Below, piece by piece: positions 41,345 through 58,457 of a stretch of DNA of 64,000 bases; position 1 is the first letter of the stretch; every line of letters begins with the position of its first letter. A program made the translations under genes and the position numbers. Below the pieces are notes generated by a model. That model was not told where the DNA came from and made no database searches. It saw only the letters and a program-made list of their open reading frames with translations. The stretch comes from Eledone cirrhosa (taxonomy: Eukaryota), in NCBI GenBank assembly GCA_964016885.1, contig CAXHJY010000401.1, forward strand, positions 248,001-312,000, in the 5' to 3' direction.

Positions 41345-41411
<67 letters not shown>

Positions 41412-42066
41412 CACATATACATGCATACAAACATACTACACACCCATCTGTCTGTTTGTGTGTGTGTGTGTGTGTGTGTGTAAACTGAAATTAAGAACCT
41501 CATATATTACAGATATTTGTGTTACAATTTATTTCACTGACTTTCCATGATAAAGTGTGTTTTTTCAGCTGATATTTCGGTATAAAAATGCCCTATTCAT
41601 AGCTTGACAAATTATTATAGAATTCATGCGTTTTACGGATTCTTCTTTTACAAATAATACACATACACATTTTACATGTTCCACCATGTACACATGTCGC
41701 CACCACTGCACCTCTGCAATAACACACGCACACACACATACACACATACACACTCTCTATCTCACACACATACACACTCTCTATCTCACACACACACTCT
41801 CTCTCTCTCTCTCACACTCTCTCTCTCACACACAGACACACACTCTCTCTTTCACACACACACAAACACACTCTCTCTCACACACACACACTCTCTCTCA
41901 CACACACACACACTCTCTCTCTCTCACACTCTCTCTCACACTCTCTCTCTCACACTCTCTCTCTCTCACACTCTCTCACTCTCACTCTCTCTCTCACACT
42001 CTCTCACTCTCACTCTCACACTCTCTCTCTCACACTCTCTCACTCTCACTCTCTCTCTCTCACACA

Positions 42067-42101
<35 letters not shown>

Positions 42102-42469
42102 GTTAGTATCGTAGTACAGCCTTACCATTATCCGTTCTCGCGGGTTTTCTAGTTATGTGGTAACAACTACCTTGGAATGGATCTCCGTCAGTTTAACGAC
42201 GAGATTCTTGGTTGTTCAACCAATCTCCCTGACAATTATTTTAATGGTACCTATATACACGTCTGTAGAATGCTCAGACACTTGGTCGTTGATTTTCAAG
42301 AGCAGGATATTCAGTTGATCTAACAACTGGAAACACTCGTCGTCGGAACCGACGTGGATCCAACATATACTACACATGCATAGACATATTCCTACACATA
42401 CACACACTCTCTCTCGTTGATCGAACAACTGGATTCCTCCTCGTCAGAACCGACGGGGATCCAACACTC

Positions 42470-42606
42470 AGCGACGTGAGTGTCTTGCTCAAGGACACAG
42501 TGGACTGTAACAAGGTGAAATAAAGTGTCTTGCTGAAGGACACGACACAGTGGAAATCGAACTGACGACCTTAGGATAGTGAGTTGTCTACCCTAACCAC
42601 TAAGCC
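42470..42606 (-). mobile_element. Second tRNA-derived SINE type (CORE/V-domain-like)
   Basis: gtgtcttgctcaaggacac (twice), ggaaatcgaactgacgacc (reverse B box), ccctaaccactaagcc (reverse A box). Confidence 0.65.
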
Positions 42607-43138
42607 GTCACTCCGTTTTGCCGCTAGTAGTAGGAGTAGCAGTAGCAGCAGTAGTAATAGTAGTAGTAGCAGTAGTAGTAGTAGTAGCAGCAGCAGCAGT
42701 AGTAGTAGCAAGAGTAGCAGTAGTTGTAGTAGTTTTATTATTATTTTTCTTTTTCATTTTTTGTTTTGTTTTGACTTGTATTACGCAAACATGCGAACAT
42801 ACATTGACAAACACACACACACACACTCACACTCACACTCACACAGACATTCACACACACTCACACACACTCACACACACTCACTCACACACTCACACAC
42901 ACACACACACACACACAGTCACACATACACAGGCATTCACACACACACCATCACACACACTCACACCATCACACACACTCACATACGCTCTCACACTTAC
43001 ACACACACAGACATACACACACACACTCACATATACTCTCACACTCACACACACACACTCACATATACTCACACTCACACACACACTCACACACACACTC
43101 TCACACACTCACACACTCACACACACACTCTCACACAC

Positions 43139-43182
<44 letters not shown>

Positions 43183-43457
43183 TCACTCACTCACTCACTC
43201 ACTCACTCACTCACTCACTCACTCACTCACTCACTCACTCACTCACTCACTCACTCACTCACTCACTCACTCACTCACAGACACACACCCACACAAATAT
43301 ATATATATGTGTATATAGATAGATATATTTAGGTATATATATATATATATATATAAATACATGGAGTGTGTATTTATCCGTGTATACAAAAATACCTGAC
43401 ATCTATATGTAATTCGTGTACCTTTAAGTACATACATGAATATATACATACTACTGC

Positions 43458-43508
<51 letters not shown>

Positions 43509-43544
43509 CAAGAGCAAGAATGAGGGGCTCATTCTACTGACATT

Positions 43545-43610
<66 letters not shown>

Positions 43611-43629
43611 CACATATATATACATATAC

Positions 43630-43682
<53 letters not shown>

Positions 43683-43685
43683 TAA

Positions 43686-43716
<31 letters not shown>

Positions 43717-44082
43717 TAAATATATATATCTATATATATACACACACACTCACACATATATATATACACACACTCATATATATAAACATACATACATACA
43801 TACATACATACATACATACATACATACATACATACATACATACATACATAGATATCCCCGACCCGCCTACCCACCCCAACCGCACACTAACCAGATTGAG
43901 AATCGTAGTAAACTACATAAGTAAGAGGTTTTAGTTGGCTGTTAAACAAACAGAGTCAACATACAACAGACAGCCAGATCAAAGAGTTCGGGTTAGAGAG
44001 GTGTGAGATAGATAGTTCCTCTTTACTATAGTAGAATATATCACCTTCTAGTTGCTGTAGCCGTATCACTGGCCTCTCACAT

Positions 44083-44930
44083 ACCACCACCACCACCACT
44101 GACTACACCACCACCACACTACCACTGACAACACCACCACTCACTGACACCACCACCACCGTTACACCACCACCGCCACCGTTACAACTCCACCACCACT
44201 GACTACACTACCGCTGACTACACCACCACCACCACCACACTACCACTGACAACACCACCACTCACTGACACCACCACCACCGTTACACTACCACCACCAC
44301 CACCACTGACTACACTACCGCTGACTACACCACCACCACACTACCACTGACAACACCACCACCACTCACTGACACCACCACCACCGTTACACCGCCACCA
44401 CCACCACCACCACTGACTACACTACCGCTGACTACACCACCACCACCACCACACTACCACTGACAACACCACCACTCACTGACACCACCACCACCGTTAC
44501 ACCGCCACCACCACCACCACCATTGACTACACTACCGCTGACTACACCACCACCACCACCACACTACCACTGACAACACCACCACCACTCACTGACACCA
44601 CCACCACCGTTACACTACCACCACCACCACCACTGACTACACTACCGCTGACTACACCACCACCACCACCACCGTTACACTACCACCACCACCACCACCG
44701 TTACACCACCACCGCCACCGTTACAACTCCACCACCACTGACTGCACCATGGACTCCACCGAGACAGCCGCCATTACCACCACCACTACCACCACCACTA
44801 CTACCACCATCACTACTACTACCACCACCACCATCACAACCACCACCACTACCACCATCACAACCACTACCATCACTACTACCACCACCATCACTACCAC
44901 TACCACCACCACTACTGCTACCACTACCCC
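44083..44930. repeat. (ACC)n-derived higher-order repeat
   Basis: Recurrent block ...ccactgactacactaccgctgactacaccacc...accactgacaacacc...ctcactgacacc...ccgttacac. Confidence 0.9.
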
Positions 44931-45377
44931 TCATACCCCCCCCACACTCCCAGTACCACCGCTACACCCTCCCCCACAACTACCCACTACTTCTCCCTAC
45001 TAACCCTAGAGCTACCACCACTACCACCACCACCTCACTACCAGCAGTCCCCCCCCTCTCAACACATGTCTATTGTCAAACACCTTTAAAAAGACAAGAA
45101 ATCCTTTTGAACTGGAGTGTAGTGTGTTAGGGGTGGGGTGGCTGGACGTGGTGGTGGGGGTGGGTATAGGCGGGGTTGGGGTTGGGTGTTGTGTTGTGGG
45201 GTGGTGTAGTTTGATGTGGCGTAGTGTGGTATGTTGTGTTGCGATGTGATGGTGTAGTATGGTATATAGTGTAGTGTGGTGTGGTGTAGGGTGGTATGTT
45301 GTGTTGTGGTGTGGTGTGTAGTATGGTATAGTGTAGTGTAGTGGGTTGGTGTGGTGTGGTGTGGTATATGGTATGTA

Positions 45378-46810
45378 TCTATATACCTACCTACCAATCT
45401 ACCTCTCTATATACCTACCTACCACCTACCTCTCTATATACCAACCTTCCAATCTACCTCTATACTACCTACTTACCTCTCTACTACCTACCTACCATCT
45501 ACCTTTCTATATACCAACCTACCATCTACCTCTCTATATACCAACCTTCCAATCTACCTCTATATATACCAACCTACCATCTACCTCTCTATATACCAAC
45601 CTACCAATCTACCTCTCTATATACCAATCTACCTCTCTACTACCTACCTACCATCTACCTCTCTATATACCTACCTACCAGTCTACCTCTCTACTACCTA
45701 CCTACCAAACTACCTCTCTATATACCTACCTACCATACTACCTCTCTATATACCTACCTACCATCTACCTCTCTATATACCTACCTACCAATCTACCTCT
45801 CTATATACCTACCTACCAATCTACTACTCTATATACCTAACTACCAATATACCTCTCTATATACCTAACTACCAATCTACCACTCTATATACCTACCTAC
45901 CATCTACCTCTCTATATACCTACCTACCAATCTACCTCTCTATATACCTACCTACCAATCTACTACTCTATATACCTAACTACCAATCTACCACTCTATA
46001 TACCTACCTACCATCTACCTCTCTATATACCTACCTACCAATCTACCTCTCTATATACCTACCTACCAATCTACCTCTCTATATACCTACCTACCAATCT
46101 ACTACTCTATATACCTAACTACCAATCTACCACTCTATATACCTACCTACCATCTACCTCTCTATATACCTACCTACCAGTCTACCTTTCTATATACCTA
46201 CCTACCATACTACCTCTCTATATACCTAACTACCAATCTACCACTCTATATACCTACCTACCGTCTACCTCTCTATATACCTACCTACCAATCTACCACT
46301 CTATATACCTACCTACCATCTACCTCTCTATATACCTAACTACCAATCTACTACTCTATATACCTAACTACCAATCTACCACTCTATATACCTACCTACC
46401 ATCTACCTCTCTATATACCTACCTACCAGTCTACCTCTCTACTACCTACCTACCAATCTACCACTCTATATACCTACCTACCAATCTACCTCTCTATATA
46501 CCTACCTACCAATCTACCTCTCTATATACCTACCTACCAATCTACCACTCTATATACCTAACTACCAATCTACCTCTCTATATACCTACCTACCAATCTA
46601 CCTCTCTATATACCTAACTACCAATCTACCACTCTATGTACCTACCTACCGTCTACCTCTCTATATACCTACCTACCAATCTACCACTCTATATACCTAA
46701 CTACCAATCTACCTCTCTATATACCTAACTACCAATCTACCTCTCTATATACCTAACTACCAATCTACCACTCTATATACCTACCTACCATCTACCTCTC
46801 TATATACCTC
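45378..46810. repeat. ~27-28-bp minisatellite, ~50 copies
   Basis: Unit ctacctctctatatacctacctacca(a)t with variants. Confidence 0.95.
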
Positions 46811-46867
46811 TAAATATATATATTGTTATGCTTGGGGAGGGTCGTATTTTTATGAAATTGCCAGAAA

Positions 46868-46945
46868 TAGTTTCTACTTTTGGCACAAGGCCAGCAATTA
46901 CCCCCAGTGTATTACTGGTACTTTATTTTATCGACCCCGTAAAAT
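46868..46945 (-). mobile_element. SINE S1 3' fragment
   Basis: tttctacttttggcacaaggccagcaatt...actggtactttattttatcgaccccgtaa. Confidence 0.8.
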
Positions 46946-47255
46946 GAGAAAATGGCGGCTGAGCGAGGAGGGCTTTCGGTGGCCAGGATGGAGATAGTAC
47001 CATCTCTGTAGTACTAGTAGTAGTAGTACTAGTAGTAGTAGTAGTAGTAGTAGCCGCAGCAGCAGCAGTAGTAGTAGGAGCAGCAGCAGCAGAAGTAGTA
47101 GTAGTAGCAGCAGAAGTAGTTGTATATTTCAAAAGTGTTGTCTTGTTGCCTAGTGACAGCTTCATTCCGGTTTATTTACGAGATGTTTGCAGTCAAATAT
47201 CCGGTATGGAAGACATTAACAAGGACTGGAACAGAAATTAATACATGCAGTGGTG

Positions 47256-47286
<31 letters not shown>

Positions 47287-47333
47287 GTATATATATATAA
47301 TAAATATATATATATATATAATAAATATATATA

Positions 47334-47366
<33 letters not shown>

Positions 47367-47603
47367 TATAATAAATATATATATATATAATAAATATATA
47401 TATATATTATAAATATATATATATACATTATAAATATATGTATATATATTATAAATATATATATGTATATATATTATAAATATATATATATATTATAAAT
47501 ATATATATATATATATTATAAATATATATATATATATATTATAAATATATGTATATATATATATTATAAATATATATACATATATATATATATTATAAAT
47601 ATA

Positions 47604-47634
<31 letters not shown>

Positions 47635-47671
47635 TATAAATATATATATGTATATATATATATATTATAAA

Positions 47672-47713
<42 letters not shown>

Positions 47714-47913
47714 ATATATGTATATATATAAATATATATATATATATTATAAATATATGTATATATATAAATATATATATATATATTATAAATATATATA
47801 TATATATATATATTATAAATATATATATATATTATAAATATATATATATATATATTATAAATATATATATATATTATAAATATATATACATATTATAAAT
47901 ATATATATGTGTA

Positions 47914-47992
<79 letters not shown>

Positions 47993-47994
47993 TA

Positions 47995-48177
47995 ATAATT
48001 GTTTCTAATTTTGTCACAAGGCCAGCAATTAGCCAGTACATTACTGGTGCTTTATTTTATCGACCCCGTAGGGATGAGAGGCAAAGTTAACCTCAGCGGG
48101 ATTTGAACTCAGACTGTAAAGGGACGTAACTATGCTGGAAAGCATGGCGTCCGACCCTCTACCGATACTGCCAATCC
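47995..48177 (-). mobile_element. SINE S1
   Basis: Near-full reverse-complement copy with A and B boxes. Confidence 0.88.
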
Positions 48178-48274
48178 AAAAAACTCGTTAAGGTTGAAAG
48201 CAGTGATTCTTTGCTTAAACTTTAATCTCTTCTTATAAATATATATATATATATATATATGTGTCTGTGTGTGT

Positions 48275-48320
<46 letters not shown>

Positions 48321-48421
48321 GTGTGCGAGCATGAAAAAATTGTTATCTTTATATAAAGTGAGTCACGTGGCTAGTTGTGTCTGCCCTAGTGATTTGATTA
48401 GAGTACATACATATATATACA

Positions 48422-48480
<59 letters not shown>

Positions 48481-49163
48481 GCATATATGCATACATAAGT
48501 ACATACATATTTGCATACATACATACATACATACATACAAACATGCTTATTTACACACAAACATACATTCATACAAACATGCATACAGGCATACATATAT
48601 ACACATATACACACATACATACACACATGCAAACATACATACATACACACATGCATACATGCATACATACATACATACATACATACATACATACATACAT
48701 ACACACATGCATACATACATACATGCATACACACATACATACACACATGCATACACACATACATACACACATGCATACACACATATATACACCAACAACA
48801 TTTAGGCCAACTATGTATAGTTCATAGATCTTTACAGTTTGAACTATTAAATGTCATCCACCAGATAAACACACAAATTCAAAAACTTTAAACAAATCAT
48901 GGAAACATCATAACTTACAAACTTACAACCATGGAAATTTCAACCAAACGTTAAACGTATGTTATGGCCGTTTGTTGTTTGTTTAAATTATCTCCCTTTC
49001 TTTCACCCACCGTAGCCCCTTCCCCGCCTCTACTGTATTACTGCCACCCCAACCCTCCTCTATCGTATTTTACCTCTCTTTCTTCCTCACCGTATCTCAT
49101 TCTTTTTTTTATTTCTTAATCACAAAGAAGGAACTGTAACGAACAAAGATACGATACAATAAA

Positions 49164-49310
<147 letters not shown>

Positions 49311-49313
49311 ATT

Positions 49314-49430
<117 letters not shown>

Positions 49431-49625
49431 GTATATTTATATATATATATGTATATTTATATATATATATGTATATTTATATATATATATGTATATATAT
49501 GTATATATATGTATATATATGTATATATATGTATATATATTTATATATATGTATATATATTTATATATATGTATATATATTTATATATATGTATATATAT
49601 TTATATATATGTATATATATTTATA

Positions 49626-49664
<39 letters not shown>

Positions 49665-50315
49665 ATATTTATATATGTGTGTATGTATGTATTTAAAAAT
49701 ATAAAACTTGATTTATATTAAATGAGGTAAAAACACAATTTTTCTTAGGTTTAATGTGTGATAAACTAACAATTTGACACCCCCCCCCCCCCGTAAATAT
49801 ATACAAATGTATGTGTGTGTGTATACATATATGGATATATATATATATATATATATACATTTATATATACATATGTAATGTATATATATATATATACATA
49901 TGTATATATATATATATGTATACATAAGTATATATATATATATATATGGACATATATATATAGAATATATGTATATATATATATATGTATGTATGTATAT
50001 ATATATATATATATGTATGTATATGTACATATATATATATATGTATATGTACATATATATATATATGTATATATATGTATATGTACATATATATATATAT
50101 ATGTATATGTACATATATATATATATATATATGTATATGTACATATATATATATATATATATGTATATGCACATACATATATATATATGTATATGTACAT
50201 ATATATATATACATATATGTATATGTACTCACATATATATATATATGTACATATATATATATATATATATAAGTATATATATATATATATATGTACATAT
50301 ATATATGTACACACG

Positions 50316-50605
<290 letters not shown>

Positions 50606-50911
50606 TATTAACAACAATAGTCGTAAGTGTAATAAATTCTTGTCTAGTCTTCAATATTGTTGAACCGGAAATATCTTTCGATTTCCTTATTTGGAAGTTT
50701 CTTTATTTATGTATTTTCTTTGTTGTTTCCTTCTGTGTTTGTTTTTGTTTTTTTTAATCATTCTTTTATCAACTTGTGATGTATGACGAATTAATCTTTT
50801 TAGAATCACATTTATTTCTTATGTATGTATGTATGTATGTATGTATGTATGTATACTTATATGTGAGTCTATGTATATATATATATATGTGTGTGTGTGT
50901 ATATATATATA

Positions 50912-51015
<104 letters not shown>

Positions 51016-51390
51016 AATGAATAAATGAGCAGAGAACAAAAAACAGAGAGGCAGTACAAATGATGTGGTTTTTAGTTTCACGCTTGAGAGTGAACATGTA
51101 TTTATTTACCGAGCATGTGTGTGTGCCCCATCTTGGTTAAAACGTCGAAACATATGCTAACTTTTGCTTAACAGCTTCAACGTACGATGTTCTCTCTGCA
51201 AAATAATTCAATAAGTTAGGCAAGTTTTAGGGTTTGGGTCTGTAAAATAACGGCTCAATTAATAAAGGAATCTTTAACTTCTGCAACTTGGCATTATCCT
51301 CATTCTAATTATACTCCGTCATCCTTGTTTTGAAGAAATAACATGGCGCCGAGGAGTATTGAATTGAATTACATCCTTATCTACTGAATG

Positions 51391-51457
<67 letters not shown>

Positions 51458-51477
51458 TCTGCTGCTTAAACCATTTT

Positions 51478-51620
51478 GTTTGTTTACCCTAGCGTCCCCT
51501 TTATTTACGTGTCCCAACGACTTTTTTTTAGCCGTTGCTCGCACCAACCTGAGGTATATGGCCTTTAATGCGACGAAATGCCTACGACGGTTGGAAGGCC
51601 ACTGATGAGGACAAACTTTT
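51478..51620 (+). repeat. Dispersed repeat with CTGATGA motif (second copy ~57898-58048)
   Basis: Shared tatttacgtgtcccaacgacttt..ttagccgttgctcgcaccaacc..ggtatatgg..gacgaaat..cactgatgagg. Both copies lie near microsatellites. Confidence 0.75.
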
Positions 51621-51659
51621 TCATATGTAACCCATTTGCAGCGCCGCAGCTCCATTATT

Positions 51660-51724
<65 letters not shown>

Positions 51725-51771
51725 ATATATTATGTTTGCCAGTATACATACTCATATTTTTATATACATAT

Positions 51772-51823
<52 letters not shown>

Positions 51824-51967
51824 TTCTGCGTCCAGAAATAGCCGTCGATACGGCTTGAGCACTGCCGTCGGGGTCTTGAACATTTTCCTATTACCCACTC
51901 TACCATCCAAAGTATTGAGTACTCTGGTACGTTATCGTCCACCCGGTTCCTTACCACACTTCCTTCG

Positions 51968-52030
<63 letters not shown>

Positions 52031-52288
52031 GTGTAGGATGCTTAAAGCGTCTGCTGTATGCGGTAGGTCGTTTGAGCACTCGATGCTCTTACAGAGCAGA
52101 AACTCTGCTTCGAAGAATCGAGACGTATCTGAGGATCTTACGATTTCAGAGTCAGGTTCGATCATTGCATCGATCGTGCCTCGGGCTGGTCGCCACAGAA
52201 ACGATTGTAATATGTCTAATAAATCTTAATTCTTGGCGCGCCACTGAATCTCCGTTTCTTATGTGATATATATATGTATATATTTATG

Positions 52289-52357
<69 letters not shown>

Positions 52358-52362
52358 TTATG

Positions 52363-52400
<38 letters not shown>

Positions 52401-52442
52401 TATGAATATATATATATATATATGAATATATATATATATATA

Positions 52443-52508
<66 letters not shown>

Positions 52509-52910
52509 TATATATATATATATATGAATATATATATATATATATGAATATATATATATATATGAATATATATATAGATATATATAGATATATATATGAA
52601 TATATATATATATATGAATATATATATACATATGAATATATATATATATGTATATATATATGAATATATATATATATGTATATATATATGAATATATATA
52701 TATATGAATATATATATGTATATATATATGAATATATATATATATGAATATATATATATATGTATATATATATGAATATATATATATATATTCATATATA
52801 TATATTTATATATATATATATATATATTCATATATATATATTTATATATATATATATATATATTCATATATATATATTTATATATATATATATATATATT
52901 CATATATATA

Positions 52911-52953
<43 letters not shown>

Positions 52954-52980
52954 TCATATATATATATTTATATATATATA

Positions 52981-53026
<46 letters not shown>

Positions 53027-53196
53027 TATATTCATATTCATATATTCATATATATATATATATTCATATATATATATATATATATTCATATATATATATA
53101 TATATATTCATATATATATATATTTATATCTATATTCATATATATATATCTATATTCATATCTATATATCTATATTCATATATATATATATATATA

Positions 53197-53248
<52 letters not shown>

Positions 53249-53717
53249 TATATATATATATATATTCATATATATGTGTATCACGGGTTCAATCGGGGGT
53301 AACCACAGTAAGTAAGGTACTCAATACATAGCAGAGTATAAGTATTTAATACAGAAATGGCTTCTACAGGACTAGAACTGTTTCATTCGAAGGCAATCAT
53401 ATATATATATGCTTGTACACACATACATACACATATATACATACACACATATGCATCTCTCTTTCCCTTCATTCTCTCTCACAGTGTGTGTGTGTATGTG
53501 TGTGTGTCACACACAGGTATACATCTATAGAGAGAAAGAAGCTGCAGAAAGCATCAAAGCACACACACACACACACACACTGTCTCTCTTACACACTTGC
53601 ACACACATATACATACATACAAACCCCCCCACACACACACACACACACGCACTAGCACCCACACACACAAGTACACACCCACCCACACACACACTAGCAC
53701 CCACACAGACACACACG

Positions 53718-54296
53718 CACCAGTACACACACACACCCACACAAACTCACCAGTACACAGACACACACACCAGTACACAGACACACACTCATCAGTACAC
53801 AGACACACACACCAGTACACAGACACACACACACCAGTACACAGACACACACACCAGTACACACAGACACACACACACTCACTAGTACACAGACACACAC
53901 ACCAGTACACAGACACACACACACACCAGTACACACACACACACAGACACACACATACACACCAGTACACAGACACAAACACACCAGTACACACATACAC
54001 ACCAGTACACAGACACAGACACACCAGTACACACATACACACCAGTACACAGACACACACACACAGACACACCAGTACACAGACACACACACACACACAC
54101 CAGTACACACATACACACCAGTACACAGACACAGACACACCAGTACACACACACACACCAGTACACACACACACACACACCAGTACACACACACACACAC
54201 CAGTACACACACACACACACCAGTACACACACACACCAGTACACAGACACACACACACCAGTACACACACACACACACACACCAGTACACACACAG
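53718..54296. repeat. (CA)n-derived ~20-bp minisatellite
   Basis: ccagtacacagacacacaca repeated with variable CA number. Confidence 0.9.
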
Positions 54297-55213
54297 ACGC
54301 TAATATTGTGGGAGCCGAAACGTTGACATTAAAATAGACAAAATACTGTTCATGTTCGGCAAATTATTAACGTTTGTTATCAATTTGACAAAACAGATTT
54401 ATGGGTCTGCCATAAACTACCTCCCGATCTTTATTACCTCCCTTAAGGTTTGCCTGTATGGCCGAAGGGGGGCGCTCTCCTGAAAGATTCGCTTCAAGCT
54501 GTGATGCACAAGATTTCAGAACTACAGAATTACAGAGGAATTTCTTGGAGAGGAACATCGTAGAGCCATAAATACCGACCCACACGCGAGTAATAGCTTA
54601 GAAATTGCTGTTATATTGCTTGGCTTGGCTTCGTTTGGGTTGGTTTGGGGGCTTCTGCTTCGGCTACTGACTGGGTGTTTTTGTGCGTTTGCACATATGT
54701 ATGTATATTTGTATGTATGTTTGTATGTTTGTTTGTATGTTTGTTTGTTTGTTTGTTTGTTTGTTTGTTTGTATGTTTGTATGTTTGTTTGTATGTTTGT
54801 TTGTATACTTGTTTGCATGTTTGTATGTATGTATGTATGTTTGTTTGTATGTATGTTTGTATGTTGTATGTATGTATGTTTGTATGTATGTTTGTATGTA
54901 TGTTTGTATGTATGTATGTTTGCATGTTTGTATGTATGTATGTATGTTTGCATGTTTGTATGTTTGTATGTATGTTTGTATGTATGTTTGCATGTTTGTA
55001 TGTATGTTTGCATGTTTCTTTGTATGTTTGTTTGCATGTTTGTATGTTTGTTTGTATGTGTTTGTATGTATGTTTGTATGTATGTATGTTTGTATGTATG
55101 TTTGTATGTATGCGTGTATGAATGTATATATATATATATACAAGTATATAATAAATACACTACATACATTTATTTACATACACACACATGCATATATATA
55201 TATATATATATAA

Positions 55214-55253
<40 letters not shown>

Positions 55254-55313
55254 TGCATATATAATGTATGTATATATCTATATATCTCTCTATATATAAT
55301 GTATGTATATATA

Positions 55314-55355
<42 letters not shown>

Positions 55356-55417
55356 TATATATATATGTGTATATGTATACATACATTATATATATATATG
55401 TATATATATACATACAT

Positions 55418-55449
<32 letters not shown>

Positions 55450-55688
55450 CATACATTATATATATATATATGTATATATATACATACATTATATATATAT
55501 ATACTGTTCCTTTACAGTATGTTTGTTTTGCTTGTTCTGGTTTTAGTTAATGTTGTTGTTGTTGCTGTTGCTGTTGCTATTATTGTTGTTGTTGTTGTTG
55601 TTGTCTTGTAGTTGTTTCATTGTATTTTGTTATGTTACCTCGCAAAAAATAGTTATCTTTAGGACTATCGCCTAGAATATTAGTGTCA

Positions 55689-56340
<652 letters not shown>

Positions 56341-56406
56341 ATATAAATGTATATATATATGTGTATATATATAATATATATATATAAAATATATATATAT
56401 AAATAA

Positions 56407-56510
<104 letters not shown>

Positions 56511-56511
56511 G

Positions 56512-56542
<31 letters not shown>

Positions 56543-56587
56543 TTATTTATATTTATTTATATACATATATATATATATATATGTATA

Positions 56588-56717
<130 letters not shown>

Positions 56718-57324
56718 CATTTGGTGTTGTCCTGTTACTGACTTGCACAGACTAATCCGGGTTTTATGTTTTAGTTCGGAAGAATTTAATGGCGGAGGAG
56801 AACTGAAAGACTTTATCTGATGTTGTTGTTGTTGTTGCTGTTGGTGTTGGTGTTGCTGTTGTTGTTGGTGTTGGTGTTGGTGGTGTTGCTGTTGGTGTTG
56901 CTGTTGTTGTTGGTGTTGCTGTTGTTGGTGTTGTTGCTGTTGTTGGTGGTGTTGCTGTTGTTGGTGGTGGTGTTGTTGTTGGTGTTGTTGGTGTTGTTGC
57001 TGTTGTTGTTGGTGTTGTTGTTGTTGTTGGTGTTGGTGTTGTTGGTGTTGTTGTTTAAAGTATGTTTATGTTTAAATGAAAACTAAAAGAAGAAAGAAAG
57101 AAAGAAAAACCTCCTCTGCTAATTCCATCGGCAATCTATGTAAGGGGCCAAGGAAAAGGGAGACCCGACCATCGTTTGTTGTTCTGAAGCTTATTGTGTC
57201 GCTAAGGGGTCTTGAAAATAGCGCAAATTTTACCTGAGTGATCTTCAAACACCTTCGTACGATTTCCTAAATATCTCCGAACCCATGCCAATATTTTACG
57301 GGTAATAACAACCACTGCCCTTAA

Positions 57325-57520
57325 ATAATTTCTGATTAAGGCACAGGGCCAACAATTAAATCGACACCGTTATGTTTCTGGTACTTTATTTTATCGACCT
57401 CGTAAGGATGAAAGGCAGAGCTAGCCTCGACGGGATTTGAAATCATAACGTAAATGGCCGTAACTCTATGCCGTGAAGTATGCTGGCGGATGCTCTACCG
57501 ATATTGCCAAGCCACCGCCT
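57325..57520 (-). mobile_element. Diverged SINE S1
   Basis: ctggtactttattttatcgacctcgtaaggatgaaaggc...ctctaccgatattgccaagccaccgcc. Confidence 0.8.
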
Positions 57521-57565
57521 GAATGAAACAAAAAATTGGTTTGAAGACAGGAATCTATTCATATA

Positions 57566-57593
57566 CTAGCAAAAGAGCCCGTCGTTGCCGGGC
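57566..57593 (-). mobile_element. Helitron-type 3' terminus
   Basis: Reverse strand: GCCCGgcaacgaCGGGC hairpin, then tcttttg-CTAG-t. Confidence 0.6.
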
Positions 57594-57756
57594 ACACCTT
57601 TCCCCACTAAATAAACATCCCTTCTCTCATCAACATGGCCGTTTTTAAATAGCTCCAGAACTCTGCTTCAGTAAGGTTTGCTAATTTGCTGCGGAACTAA
57701 CTTTCGAACTCATCATATGGACTGAGTCCTGCACTTACTATGGATATAACCTTTAG

Positions 57757-57812
<56 letters not shown>

Positions 57813-58457
57813 TCTCGTCCACGATTTCACAGGACTTATGTTCATCGATTTCAGGGTCTTGGCTCCTTCTTCCTCACTTTTCGTTGCATTACCATCTTTG
57901 TTTGTTTACTGTCTCGCTCGTTCCCCCTATTTACGTGTCCCAACGACTTTCTTTAGCCGTTGCTCGCACCAACCAGGGGTATATGGTCTTTAAAACGACG
58001 AAATACCAATGGAGGCTGGAAGATCACTGATGAGGGACTAAATTTATTCTTATATATATATATATATATATATATAGTTAAAGATAGAAGAGTAACATGG
58101 TTACTCGTTTTTATATTTGAAAAAGAGGGTGCTATCCCCGAAATATCGTGTTGAAATATACTGGGTATAACATTAATTTGTTTTGTTATATTTGTCATCC
58201 TTTACCCTTTATATATTTCTGCCACATTTGCTTTTTGAGACTTATCAATCATTTAGTACACATCTCACAATACTTCATGTTAACTATACTACTTTAAGAG
58301 AATAGAATTTAGGAAGTTCAACTGTAAATTGATGAGACCTAACCGCAAGTCAAGTACTCCGTTTAACGTATTTTACTCTCACTCCACTCCCAACAACAGA
58401 TTAATGGTAAACGTTAGATTTCCTCGGAACCCATCTTGGTTAAACACTGTTGTTCTC

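Noticed and set aside
52028-52262. Unique GC-balanced island as the next Wnt exon (also 7600-7860, 19800-20120, 26200-26440)
   Set aside because: No Wnt motif in the frames inspected and no convincing splice pair. They remain unclassified, possibly regulatory or old repeats.
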